A stretch of 64,000 nt of DNA from Gammaproteobacteria bacterium (lineage in GTDB: Bacteria; Pseudomonadota; Gammaproteobacteria; G965277405). Shown one piece after another: positions 39,804-49,040 of the stretch (its first letter is position 1; the number at the start of each line of letters is the position of its first letter). The stretch lies in contig OZ255726.1 in NCBI GenBank assembly GCA_965277405.1, forward strand, positions 426,280-490,279. The letters run 5' to 3'. The translations under genes and the position numbers were made by a program. The notes under the pieces are model-generated. The model was not told the DNA's origin, ran no database searches, and saw only the letters and a program-made list of their open reading frames with translations.

Positions 39804-40275
39804 ATAACGTCTGGTTTACAGGTGGCTGAGTAAGTTGATGCGTTGTTAGGCTGATTGCCGCGACGCGGTCTAATGCCTTGTTCCAAGTTTCATACCTTGC
39901 TGCAACAGATACTTGTATGGCTTGTTGAATAAGGGAGAAACCGTATTTTTGTGGGCTGCGAATGCGCGAAGAACTTGCTCGCAGCAATACATACAACCAT
40001 GATGCTTCTACGCGGTTGTGATCGATTTCAAGACCGAGTTTACGGCATTCGTTTTTAAGGATAGCTGAATCTTCAATGTGAAAAAACTGATGATAGGTAT
40101 CGACAAGCTGTGCGTCGATGCGCTCGATGATGACAGTACGCTCTTCTTCGCTATAGCGTATCCACAGGCTTACTTCAAAATGAAAACGTTTGCAGCCGCG
40201 ACAGACGTTATCACCATACACAGTGCTGCAAGCACCAATGCATGGGTTGGTATATATTTTTGGAGCAGTCAACAT
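39796..40275 (-). CDS. Hypothetical protein with DUF1289-like Cys motif at N-terminus
   Basis: NPCIGACSTVYGDNVCRGCKRFHFEVSLW matches Cx3Cx...CxGCxR...W pattern of DUF1289; rest unassigned. Confidence 0.4.
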   Translation of the reverse strand: MLTAPKIYTNPCIGACSTVYGDNVCRGCKRFHFEVSLWIRYSEEERTVIIERIDAQLVDTYHQFFHIEDSAILKNECRKLGLEIDHNRVEASWLYVLLRASSSRIRSPQKYGFSLIQQAIQVSVAARYETWNKALDRVAAISLTTHQLTQPPVNQTLLF

Positions 40276-40373
40276 TGCAGCCGCGGTTCAAAAAGTGATG
40301 AAGGCTTTGCATAGTAACCCTAACAAAATTGCTACGCTATCTGAAATGAGCATCTTCTAAGATAAATACACAG

Positions 40374-40669
40374 GGAATCTCTGATTAACTCCATGATGGA
40401 TAAGACGGAGCAACAACGCTGACGATAACTGTGTTGTGCGCAGGTCACACTGGTGGGTCTTGTGGGTATTAGCAAGTGCTGCAACGACGTTAGTACCGCT
40501 TTTTTTCCGTATTAAGTTCAATAAACTTGTGGTTTGCGGCATTGCTTACGCTTGCTGTATTGCATCCGTTGGCGGATATGCTACGGCAGGCGCTTATGCG
40601 GTTTGCGCCTTGCAAATCATCAGCAATTGCCCGCAAACCCGTGGTATCAGCGAGTTAAGCTGCTGTTCC
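40374..40669. mobile_element. MITE-like element, diverged complete copy
   Basis: GGAATCTCTGATTAACTCC...GAGTTAAGCTGCTGTTCC with recognisable internal core. Confidence 0.55.
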
Positions 40670-40744
40670 ATAAAACCAATGGGTGATACTGGCTGGCGTA
40701 TATTGCAATTATTGGTTTTGGATGGGGCTTGTAACCCAAATGAA

Positions 40745-41206
40745 TTAGCGTTTTGAATATTGTGGGCGTTTGCGAGCCTTGTGCAGACCGACTTTTTTTC
40801 GTTCAACTTGTCGAGAATCTCGGGTAACGAAGCCTGCTTTGCGTAGCTCAGGTTTGAGTTCATCGTTATAATCCATGAGTGCTCGAGTAATCGCCAATCG
40901 CGTTGCACCAGCTTGACCAGAAATACCGCCACCACTCACTGTGACCTTCACGTTAAATTGGTTGACTTTATCAACAAGTTCAAGTGGCTGAAGCAATATC
41001 ATGCGTGCTGTTTCACGTCCAAAATATACTTCCACAAGGCGCTTGTTGATGGTGATCTTGCCATTGCCTGCTGTTAAATAAGCACGTGCTATAGATGTTT
41101 TACGCCGACCAGTGCCGAGAAATGTAGTCTTCTCTGCTTGTTGTGTTCGTGCTGCAGTAAGAGTTTGTTGATTGGTAGTAGTCGGTTTTTCAGTAGGCAT
41201 AATCAT
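40745..41206 (-). CDS. rpsI: 30S ribosomal protein S9
   Basis: [14 protein letters not shown]...[10 protein letters not shown]...[11 protein letters not shown]; N-terminal extension may reflect a downstream true start. Confidence 0.85.
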   Translation of the reverse strand: MIMPTEKPTTTNQQTLTAARTQQAEKTTFLGTGRRKTSIARAYLTAGNGKITINKRLVEVYFGRETARMILLQPLELVDKVNQFNVKVTVSGGGISGQAGATRLAITRALMDYNDELKPELRKAGFVTRDSRQVERKKVGLHKARKRPQYSKR

Positions 41207-41640
41207 TAACGAACGAGTTCAATAGGTTTTGGCTGTTGTGCGCCATGAGGGTGTTGACTTCCTGCATATATCTTCAGCTTTAACAGCATCGCTCGTCCTA
41301 ACGGACCTCGCGGTAACATGCCTTTTACAGCATTTCTTAAGATGCGGTCAGGGTGGGTTGCGCGGAGTTTTTCAAGGGTTTGCTGGCGGATTCCTCCAGG
41401 ATAGCCGGTGTGTCTGTAATAAATTTTATTTTTTTCTTTATTACCAGTAACTGCAATTTTTTCGGCATTGATAACAACCATTGCGTCACCAGTATCCATG
41501 TGTGGGGTGAACTCTGGTTTATGTTTGCCGCGCAGCCTTAACGCTATTTGGCTGGCTAAGCGTCCGAGGATTTTGTTTTCTGCATCGACAAGATACCAGT
41601 CGTGGTGGATGTCTTTTGCCTTAATACTGTATGTTTTCAT
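41206..41640 (-). CDS. rplM: 50S ribosomal protein L13
   Basis: 144 aa; [23 protein letters not shown] typical of L13. Confidence 0.9.
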   Translation of the reverse strand: MKTYSIKAKDIHHDWYLVDAENKILGRLASQIALRLRGKHKPEFTPHMDTGDAMVVINAEKIAVTGNKEKNKIYYRHTGYPGGIRQQTLEKLRATHPDRILRNAVKGMLPRGPLGRAMLLKLKIYAGSQHPHGAQQPKPIELVR

Positions 41641-41724
41641 TGTATTTGATGTAAAAAATGGTGGGATTGTAGTTGCGCATTTGGCATTGCCAAGTAAAAA
41701 ATGTCAAGAATCATGTGTTTGTTA

Positions 41725-42381
41725 TTATAAACGAATGCCTTTCATATATTGCCGCTCTTCACGGCTGCAGCTCTTAATAAATGCATCGCGTAAAAACATG
41801 CGTTTCATATACTCAACAACTGGGCGCGCAAGTGTGTTTTGTAGCTCAATATCCATGATGCCCAAACGCCATAGCAAAGGTGTAACGTAGCAATCTAAAA
41901 TACCAAACTGGGTGTTCATGAAGAAATCATGTTCTTTGAAAACTGGCGCGGTTGCTAGAATATTATCATGGAGCTGCTTGCGTAATTCTCTAATATTCTT
42001 GTTTTTAGCATCTGCCTGATCTGCTGCTAGAATAGTTTCCATTGGCTTCACCCATTCTCGTTTGATTCGCAACAGTGCCAGCCGTGTTTGCGCGCGAATA
42101 GTGGGAAATACAGAGTATAACGGTGGATGCGGAAAACGTTCTTCGAGGTAATCAATAATAATTTCGCTATCGTACAACACTAGGTCGCGATCTATCAACA
42201 TCGGCAATGAGTTGTATGGGTTATTATCGCGGATGATTGCAGGAACGTTGTTGGGGTCGCAGTCGTTTATTTCAAAATTTACATCTTTCTCATGACAAAC
42301 AATCCTAACTTGGTGACTGCGAAAATTACGTGGGTCTGTAAAAAGGCGGATTGTAGTATTGTTGGTACCAGGCGATGACAT
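41725..42381 (-). CDS. sspA: Stringent starvation protein A (GST-like)
   Basis: SHQVRIV..., LEERFPHPPL, PLLWRL motifs. Confidence 0.75.
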   Translation of the reverse strand: MSSPGTNNTTIRLFTDPRNFRSHQVRIVCHEKDVNFEINDCDPNNVPAIIRDNNPYNSLPMLIDRDLVLYDSEIIIDYLEERFPHPPLYSVFPTIRAQTRLALLRIKREWVKPMETILAADQADAKNKNIRELRKQLHDNILATAPVFKEHDFFMNTQFGILDCYVTPLLWRLGIMDIELQNTLARPVVEYMKRMFLRDAFIKSCSREERQYMKGIRL

Positions 42382-42389
42382 AGCGATAG

Positions 42390-42950
42390 TTAGGTTGTGG
42401 ATATACGGGCTTGTTGTACTATAAAAGCAGACACAATAAATTTATAGACGGGCAGGAAAAGAGCGACCATAACTACTTTTACTGCAAAATCACCAATAGC
42501 TAATGACAGCCATGGATGTTGTGTTCCCCAAAATGCAATTGAGAAAAAGAATATGGTGTCGATAGATGCGCCAAAGAACGAAGAGACTGACGGTGGAATC
42601 CACCAGAGTTGTGCACTACAGCGTTTTAATAAATAGGAGAAGACGCTAATGTCGAGCAACTGTCCCATGATGAATGCAGTTGCTGAAGCAATGGCGATTT
42701 GCACGGGAGCAAAAAATAGTGAGAATACGATACCCACCACAACGCCCACATACATTATTTTCCGCGCAATATTGCCCCCAAATAACCGTGTTGTGCAATC
42801 GGTAATGACGAACACAATGGGATAGGTAAACGCCCCCCAAGTCAACCAATCATTAATAACAAATTGGACTAATATATTGGCAAGAGTAACCGCTGATGCC
42901 ATGAGCAGTGCGAGAATGGCAACGTATTTGAACGAAGGTGTTGTAAGCAT
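42390..42950 (-). CDS. Queuosine precursor transporter (YhhQ/DUF165 family), putative
   Basis: 186 aa polytopic membrane protein; family assignment from memory of YhhQ-like pattern, moderate. Confidence 0.55.
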   Translation of the reverse strand: MLTTPSFKYVAILALLMASAVTLANILVQFVINDWLTWGAFTYPIVFVITDCTTRLFGGNIARKIMYVGVVVGIVFSLFFAPVQIAIASATAFIMGQLLDISVFSYLLKRCSAQLWWIPPSVSSFFGASIDTIFFFSIAFWGTQHPWLSLAIGDFAVKVVMVALFLPVYKFIVSAFIVQQARISTT

Positions 42951-43020
42951 TAAACTAGTAATATAGGAAGTAAATAAATGTACTAACGCAAGTCATCGCA
43001 GCAAAGTAAGAACATGCCGT

Positions 43021-43097
43021 TGGGGTGGATGATGGGACTTGAACCCACGACAACCGGAATCACAATCCGGGGCTCTACCAGCTGAGCTACACCCACC
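43021..43097 (-). tRNA. tRNA-His: tRNA-His (anticodon GTG) with encoded G-1 and CCA
   Basis: Minus-strand sequence GGTGGGTGTAGCTCAGCTGGTAGAGCCCCGGATTGTGATTCCGGTTGTCGTGGGTTCAAGTCCCATCATCCACCCCA folds as cloverleaf; anticodon loop TTGTGAT; G-1:C73 pair typical of tRNA-His. Confidence 0.85.
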
Positions 43098-43151
43098 ACA
43101 ACGGCGCGTGAGTATACGAATTAGGCTTAGATTGTCAAAAAAATACAACGG

Positions 43152-45980
43152 TTGTTCATGATGGTTTTTAAAGAAACAAAAACACTTCCTTTGCAAGCAA
43201 GCACAAAACAGCAACAACGCATACAAATATTTATTGCCGCGCTTGGTGATTTTGCAGGAAATATTCTAGAAAAATATGGACAGCGTGTTGTGTATAGTAG
43301 CGATAATTCAATATACCAGCAAATCCCAACAATTATCATCCAGCCGCAGAACATTGCTGCGCTAGTTCGGGTGCTGGCGTTACGCGCTACCAAAGCCTTT
43401 TGCTCAATCCCTTTTACCGTTCGTGGCGGTGGCACTGGTACCAACGGGCAGTCGCTGACCCGATTCATAGTGATTGATACGTCATTGCTGCAGCACATTC
43501 ATCCTGTCGATATTGCGAATAAAAACCTGTGGGTTGAAGCTGGTGTTATCCATAGCCTGCTACAAGAACGATTGCGGGTTGACGGCTTGACATTCCCGCC
43601 TGAGCTATCTACTTCGACCCGCGCCACGATTGGAGGAATGATAGCTACTAATGCAAGTGGCAAGGGAAGTTGCGTGTTTGGCAGGACTGCAGACTATATT
43701 TGCGCGCTCGATGTCGTACTTACTGATGGGAGTCGTGTTGTCATACCAAGCCGCGCATCTACCACTGAGCTTGCAGAACTCCACCCAATGCTCGGTGAGT
43801 TTGCGCAATTAGTCACAGAAAAAGGGCACCCGGCAATAGCAGAATTTTTAAGCAAGACAGCACATTTACCGCGCGCCCCAGCTGGATATCAATTAGCCAA
43901 TGTTGCGTATAACAACGGCGATATTAACTGTGTCCAGCTTTGGTGTGGTAGCGAAGGTAGCTTGGGCGTTGTTGTTGCTGCGCAAATACGCGTCATAACA
44001 GCACATATCCACCGTGCAGTCATTGTCACAGAGCATGCGGCATTTAGCCAAGCTCTGGATTGTGCACAACCGCTGGCACGCTTTAAGGCGGCTGCAATTG
44101 AGACATTAGACCAACGAGTGATTGGACTAGCGCATTCAACACAGCAGTGGATTGATGTCGCGCAGGTATTTGCCTTGAATATGGATACCCCATCCGCGAT
44201 CAATATCATCGAATGTAGCGGTAATGATATTGGACTGGTGCAGCGACAAATTGCAGCAATTCAGCAATGGGCAAGCGACAACGCCATTGCGCATGCGGTA
44301 AGTTGGCGCGCTGCAGATATTGCGGCAATCTGGGACTTGCGCGCCAATAGCGTAGGATTATTAGCCAAAATGCCATCCCGTGCCAAACCTGTTGCCTTTA
44401 TAGAAGACACGGCAGTTGCTCCTGAGCATTTATCCGCATATGTTGCTGAACTCACCAAATTACTTGATAATCTCGGCGTTGCATACGGCATGTTTGGCCA
44501 TGTTGATGCAGGCTGCTTGCATGTGCGTCCTGCGCTTGATACCAGTCTTGCAGCAGATCGACAGCTAGTCGTTACTATTACTGATGCAGTCATTGCCTTG
44601 TTAAAAAAATATAATGGTGTGCTGTGGGGCGAACACGGCAAAGGGTATCGATCAGCATATGCACCTGAATATTTTGGTGATGCGTTGCAAGGGTTTATGA
44701 ACGCGAGTAAACAATGTTTTGATCCGTTTAATATCTGTAATCCAGGAAAAATTGCTCACCCAACTGGTGGAGATTTAGTGGCGATTGACGCTGTGCCAAT
44801 GCACGGCGAGTCTTTTGCTGCTGTTAGCGACAATGTGCGCAACATGTATCAACAAGCATTTGCATGTAATGGCAATGCTGCGTGTTTGAATCAATCCACC
44901 ACGCAATTGATGTGCCCATCGTATCAAATCACCCAAGATCGCGTGCAAAGCCCCAAAGGTCGCGCAGTATTACTCCGGCAATGGTTAGTTGAGCGGGTAA
45001 CTGGTGATCAAAATAATTTGGAGGCAGAGTTATATATCTCATTAGCAAGTTGTTTAGGGTGTCAAGGATGTACGACAGGCTGCCCAGTTGAGGTCGATAT
45101 TCCAAAATTGAAGTCACTGTTTTTGCAAGAATACTATCAAAAACATCGCATGCCGTTGCGCGAGTGGTGCATATCTTGCATTGAAGAATGTTCGATAATT
45201 GGTGGAAAAGTGCCTGCAATCAGCAATATCCTGATGCGATTTTCCGCGTTGCTGGGGATGCACCATTTACCGCGTTGGCGACCGCCACAATCCATGCATA
45301 ACCATAACATTACCCAACCTAGCTGTGTCGTGGCAGCGGATCCATATACATGGGCGTATGATGGAGGCGTTATTGATAGCCTGTTTGCGTTGCTAGCATC
45401 AATCGGCGAAAACCCGCAGCTGTTGCCAGTGCTGCCCTGGGGTAAAGCCGCCGCAACAGTTGGAGCAATGAACAAAGCCGCAGCACAACGCGCTGCAGTC
45501 GCAGACCTAGTTAGCCAGCAAAATGTGCCAGTGATTGTGCTTGAAAGCGCCGTTAGCCTGACAACAGGCAACGATACTATCCACAATGCAGTCACTCCAG
45601 TAGCAGATTTCCTAGCGCAGCGCTTAGCAAAGTTGCCTCAGTCAGCTCTCCGTGGTGTTGTCGTGCAGCTCTGCCCGCATTGTAGTGAACAAGCTCTGTT
45701 TACCCAGTTACCGAAACAATGGCAGCTGGTGTTTGAGCACTGTGGTGCGGCAGTGAGTATAGTTACAGCAGGTTGCTGTGGCATGGCTGGCGCGTTTGGG
45801 CACCGCAAAGAGTATTTAAAGATGAGCGCGGATATTTTTAAACGCAATTGGCAGCCATCACTTGATACAAATGCAATCATTCTGGCAACAGGCTTTTCAT
45901 GCAGGAGTCAATTGCATAAAAATAATGTTTCTTCTGTGCATCCTGTAGAGTTGCTAGCAAAGACGCTACATGGCAAGTAA
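43152..45980 (+). CDS. FAD-binding and Fe-S-binding oxidoreductase (YdiJ-like, D-2-hydroxyacid dehydrogenase type)
   Basis: 942 aa; N-terminal FAD_binding_4-like region (GGGTGTNGQS), central Cys clusters (CLGCQGCTTGCP), C-terminal CCG-type Cys motifs. Confidence 0.75.
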   Translation: MFMMVFKETKTLPLQASTKQQQRIQIFIAALGDFAGNILEKYGQRVVYSSDNSIYQQIPTIIIQPQNIAALVRVLALRATKAFCSIPFTVRGGGTGTNGQSLTRFIVIDTSLLQHIHPVDIANKNLWVEAGVIHSLLQERLRVDGLTFPPELSTSTRATIGGMIATNASGKGSCVFGRTADYICALDVVLTDGSRVVIPSRASTTELAELHPMLGEFAQLVTEKGHPAIAEFLSKTAHLPRAPAGYQLANVAYNNGDINCVQLWCGSEGSLGVVVAAQIRVITAHIHRAVIVTEHAAFSQALDCAQPLARFKAAAIETLDQRVIGLAHSTQQWIDVAQVFALNMDTPSAINIIECSGNDIGLVQRQIAAIQQWASDNAIAHAVSWRAADIAAIWDLRANSVGLLAKMPSRAKPVAFIEDTAVAPEHLSAYVAELTKLLDNLGVAYGMFGHVDAGCLHVRPALDTSLAADRQLVVTITDAVIALLKKYNGVLWGEHGKGYRSAYAPEYFGDALQGFMNASKQCFDPFNICNPGKIAHPTGGDLVAIDAVPMHGESFAAVSDNVRNMYQQAFACNGNAACLNQSTTQLMCPSYQITQDRVQSPKGRAVLLRQWLVERVTGDQNNLEAELYISLASCLGCQGCTTGCPVEVDIPKLKSLFLQEYYQKHRMPLREWCISCIEECSIIGGKVPAISNILMRFSALLGMHHLPRWRPPQSMHNHNITQPSCVVAADPYTWAYDGGVIDSLFALLASIGENPQLLPVLPWGKAAATVGAMNKAAAQRAAVADLVSQQNVPVIVLESAVSLTTGNDTIHNAVTPVADFLAQRLAKLPQSALRGVVVQLCPHCSEQALFTQLPKQWQLVFEHCGAAVSIVTAGCCGMAGAFGHRKEYLKMSADIFKRNWQPSLDTNAIILATGFSCRSQLHKNNVSSVHPVELLAKTLHGK

Positions 45981-46138
45981 GTCATGGCATCTGCCGATGG
46001 ATGCTCGCACCCATGCATAGCAGTGGCATTCCCATGCATAGCAGTGGCATTCAATGTGCAAAGTGAGATGGCAGACTGCAGAGTCGCTTCATCAGCAGGA
46101 TTGATCGCACCAATATATGTGCCAAAGCTTAATTGTTG

Positions 46139-46693
46139 TTAACCCCACGTAAATACCCGTGACGGTGTCACTGCATAGTCAAGACGAATATCCCATGGGC
46201 TTGGAGTAAACGTTGTGGAGTATTGACAGTCAAAGGCAATCGCGCAAAGTAATGGTCGCCGACTGCTAGCAAATGTTGTGTCATAATACCCGCCACCCAT
46301 GCCAAGGCGGTATCCTTGGGTGTTAAAACCCACGAGCGGGGTGAACACCCAGTCAAGCTGTGCTGGTTTAATAGCGGGATTGTTGGCGGTGCACTGAGGT
46401 TGGCGAATGCCAAACGGGCCTGTATCAAGTATTGAATGTTGGCTGTAGGAGACAAACGCGAGGTGACGGTCGTTGTTGACTACAGGTGCGTAAGTTTGGA
46501 TTGCCCGTTGCCAGAGGTGATCGATAATTGTTGTAGTATCGATTTCCTCACCAAATGAAAGGTAGACACCAACATGCAGCGGTTGGTGATCATCGATGAG
46601 TTGCAACACCGATCTGCATACTTGCACTGTATCGCTGCGACGTTGTGGGGTGGGGATTGCTTGACGTTGGCTGCGAATTGTCTTGCGCAACAT
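46139..46693 (-). CDS. ygfA: 5-formyltetrahydrofolate cyclo-ligase
   Basis: GMGGGYYD motif; start set to ATG 46693 (MLRKTIRS) so that CDS does not overlap the upstream 6S RNA candidate. Confidence 0.75.
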   Translation of the reverse strand: MLRKTIRSQRQAIPTPQRRSDTVQVCRSVLQLIDDHQPLHVGVYLSFGEEIDTTTIIDHLWQRAIQTYAPVVNNDRHLAFVSYSQHSILDTGPFGIRQPQCTANNPAIKPAQLDWVFTPLVGFNTQGYRLGMGGGYYDTTFASSRRPLLCAIAFDCQYSTTFTPSPWDIRLDYAVTPSRVFTWG

Positions 46694-46699
46694 GTTTAT

Positions 46700-46900
46700 A
46701 GCGGGGGATGGTGTGCCCACGTTACCGTCTCACAGTTGTTTCCTTGAACCGCGGCTCAAGGGTATGGCAACCAAGTGGTATGTTGGGATCGTAAGACGTA
46801 GTCACGATACACGCCCATACCGGAGAGTTACCATAATAGTTTTCTCATTGGCTCAGAAACATACTTTAATAACGAATAACCCAGGCACGCAATCAGTATA
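46700..46900 (-). ncRNA. ssrS: 6S RNA (SsrS) candidate; boundaries approximate
   Basis: Immediately upstream of and co-oriented with ygfA, the conserved position of ssrS in gammaproteobacteria; contains GUUUCUGAG near 5' region and hallmark hairpin CCCUUGAGCC-GC-GGUUCAAGG. Confidence 0.45.
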
Positions 46901-46908
46901 GAGCGTTG

Positions 46909-47598
46909 CTATTGGATAGGTGGTTTTTTTTCAGACGAAGGGCATAATTCGCCGATAATGCATGCTTGGCAATTTGGCGTTCTAGCTTTGCAAGTGTAAC
47001 GGCCATGGAGAATCAGCCAGTGGTGGGCATGTATTAAATATTGTGGTGGAATATTCGCTAATAATCCAAGTTCTACAGCCAAAGGTGTCTGCCCAGGTGC
47101 AATGTTCAGTCGGTTTGCCACACGGAAAATATGGGTGTCGACCGCCATCGTTGCTTGACCAAAATAGGTGTTGAGAATTACATTTGCTGTTTTGCGACCG
47201 ACACCTGGCAGCGTTTCGAGTGCAGCACGAGTATCTGGCACCTGTTGATTATATTGTTCGATCAATATTGCGCACGTTGCGATTATATTTTTGGCTTTGT
47301 TGTTGAATAAGCCAATTGTTTTAATATGCTGCTTGATAGCATTGATACCTAATTCATACATTGCCTTGGGAGTATTCGCCGCTGCAAATAGTCCCTTTGA
47401 TGCTTTATTGACGCTAATGTCTGTCGCTTGTGCACTCAGCAACACCGCAATTAATAGCTCAAAGACACTGGTATATTCAAGCTCGGTGGTCGGATGAGGG
47501 TTCGCCGCTTGAAAACGAGAAAAAATAGTCTCGATGTGTGCATTAATAACAATGCGTGGTTTGCGTTTCATGCGTGTTGCATTTGTCTTCGAAGTCAT
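46909..47598 (-). CDS. nth: Endonuclease III
   Basis: HhH-GPD core (LPGVGRKTANVIL), C-terminal 4Fe-4S motif CKARTPNCQACIIGELC. Confidence 0.85.
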   Translation of the reverse strand: MTSKTNATRMKRKPRIVINAHIETIFSRFQAANPHPTTELEYTSVFELLIAVLLSAQATDISVNKASKGLFAAANTPKAMYELGINAIKQHIKTIGLFNNKAKNIIATCAILIEQYNQQVPDTRAALETLPGVGRKTANVILNTYFGQATMAVDTHIFRVANRLNIAPGQTPLAVELGLLANIPPQYLIHAHHWLILHGRYTCKARTPNCQACIIGELCPSSEKKPPIQ

Positions 47599-47648
47599 AA
47601 TAATGCCACATCAAAATGTACTTATTTTTTTACCCAACGGAGTGCCGC

Positions 47649-48227
47649 ATGGCCCGAATAACTGCCGACGATTGTTTGGCGAAAATTCCTAACAGATACG
47701 ACTTGGTTTTGGCAGCAACCAAACGCGCCCATCAACTCGCTCAAGGAATCAAAGACCCTTTGATTCATAATAGTACCAATAAACCTGCAGTATTGGCATT
47801 ACGTGAAATAGCAGCAGGGCTAATAACCGAAGAATCTCTGCTAGGCATCGAAGCAGAGTTGAATAACCAACCAATCGAATTAGATGAAGACGCAATGGTG
47901 CGAAAATTTGCAGAACACGACCGTGCCCAAGAAGAAGAACGAGTACGGCAAGAAGAAATGCAACGAGAAATGATTGCCCGTCAAGGTCGGCGTGCTGAGC
48001 AAGACCGTCAAAATGAGCGGCTTGCAGCAGAACAAGATGCCGCCAATCAAGTTGAGGAAAATACCGCAAATGAAGATGAGGAAGATGCAGTAACCGATGA
48101 CGAGTCAGCAGCAACATTGTCTGCTGACGCATTGCTTGATGCTGAAGTAGCTGAGCAATTCACCACCGAATTTGAAGAAAGCGATGACTTATCCAGCGGT
48201 GATTTTGAAGAAAGTGAAAAAGAGTAA
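47649..48227 (+). CDS. rpoZ: RNA polymerase omega subunit with long acidic C-terminal extension
   Basis: Start at ATG 47649 ([30 protein letters not shown]) after GGAG; about 90 aa omega core followed by about 100 aa Glu/Asp/Gln-rich tail. Confidence 0.75.
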   Translation: MARITADDCLAKIPNRYDLVLAATKRAHQLAQGIKDPLIHNSTNKPAVLALREIAAGLITEESLLGIEAELNNQPIELDEDAMVRKFAEHDRAQEEERVRQEEMQREMIARQGRRAEQDRQNERLAAEQDAANQVEENTANEDEEDAVTDDESAATLSADALLDAEVAEQFTTEFEESDDLSSGDFEESEKE

Positions 48228-48245
48228 CCTGACATACCATCCACT

Positions 48246-48380
48246 ATGAAACGAACATACCAACCCAGTAATATCAAACGACACAGGACGCACGGTTTTC
48301 GTGCTCGTATGGCAACAAAAGCAGGTCGCGCAGTGCTTTCACGCCGCCGCGCCAAAGGCCGCCATAGACTTACTGTATAA
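48246..48380 (+). CDS. rpmH: 50S ribosomal protein L34
   Basis: Own translation: [44 protein letters not shown] (44 aa); below ORF-track size cutoff. Confidence 0.9.
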   Translation: MKRTYQPSNIKRHRTHGFRARMATKAGRAVLSRRRAKGRHRLTV

Positions 48381-48740
48381 TTGCGTATTACCGCACTGAG
48401 CTCTGGCAAACAAATTTCGCTTGTCATCGCCCAACACACCTTCAAATGTCATCATGCGAATTTTGTCACGTTTGTGCGCACCAGTGATCAGCAACTATGT
48501 CGGTATGTCGCGATTATTGCCAATCGAAATATAAAAAACGCCGTGCTCCGCAACTACACAAAACGCATCATAAGAAATGCGCTACGCAGCTTTGATTGTG
48601 GTGTGCAATGCGACGTCGTGATTATTGCTAAACGTGCTGCCAAGCAAGCCAATAAGGTGCAGCTGCGTGCAGCGATACAAAGCACTATGCGGCGTGTGCA
48701 AAAAAAACACACAGCTAGCAACCTCTGCTTAAATCCATGA
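48381..48740 (+). CDS. rnpA: Ribonuclease P protein component
   Basis: 119 aa basic protein directly downstream of rpmH in conserved rpmH-rnpA-yidD-yidC order; start codon uncertain (TTG at 48381). Confidence 0.75.
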   Translation: MRITALSSGKQISLVIAQHTFKCHHANFVTFVRTSDQQLCRYVAIIANRNIKNAVLRNYTKRIIRNALRSFDCGVQCDVVIIAKRAAKQANKVQLRAAIQSTMRRVQKKHTASNLCLNP

Positions 48741-48776
48741 TACAGCGAGTTAACCAGAGGTTCCTCTACTCATAAC

Positions 48777-49031
48777 ATGCAAATGATACGCAAAACAGCT
48801 ATAAAAATAGCAGTTGGAATTATTCGAAGCTACCAACTGTGTCTTTCTCCATTACTACCAATGAGTTGTCGATACCTGCCGACGTGCTCTGAATATGCCA
48901 TTGAAGCAATGCAACAACATGGTGTTGTATTCGGCAGTATTTTAACAATACAGCGTATTTGTAGCTGTCACCCATTTGGTGGACACGGCTATGACCCTGT
49001 GCCGCGCACAAAAAAAGTAACAAAACAATAA
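48777..49031 (+). CDS. yidD: Membrane protein insertion efficiency factor YidD
   Basis: YQLCLSPLLP..CRYLPTCSEYAIEA...HPFGGHGYDPVP. Confidence 0.85.
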   Translation: MQMIRKTAIKIAVGIIRSYQLCLSPLLPMSCRYLPTCSEYAIEAMQQHGVVFGSILTIQRICSCHPFGGHGYDPVPRTKKVTKQ

Positions 49032-49040
49032 GGAACGAGA

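Noticed and set aside
43127-43498. 123-aa minus-strand ORF overlapping tRNA-His flank and the start of the FAD oxidoreductase
   Set aside because: Antisense to a well-supported 942-aa gene; no motif support
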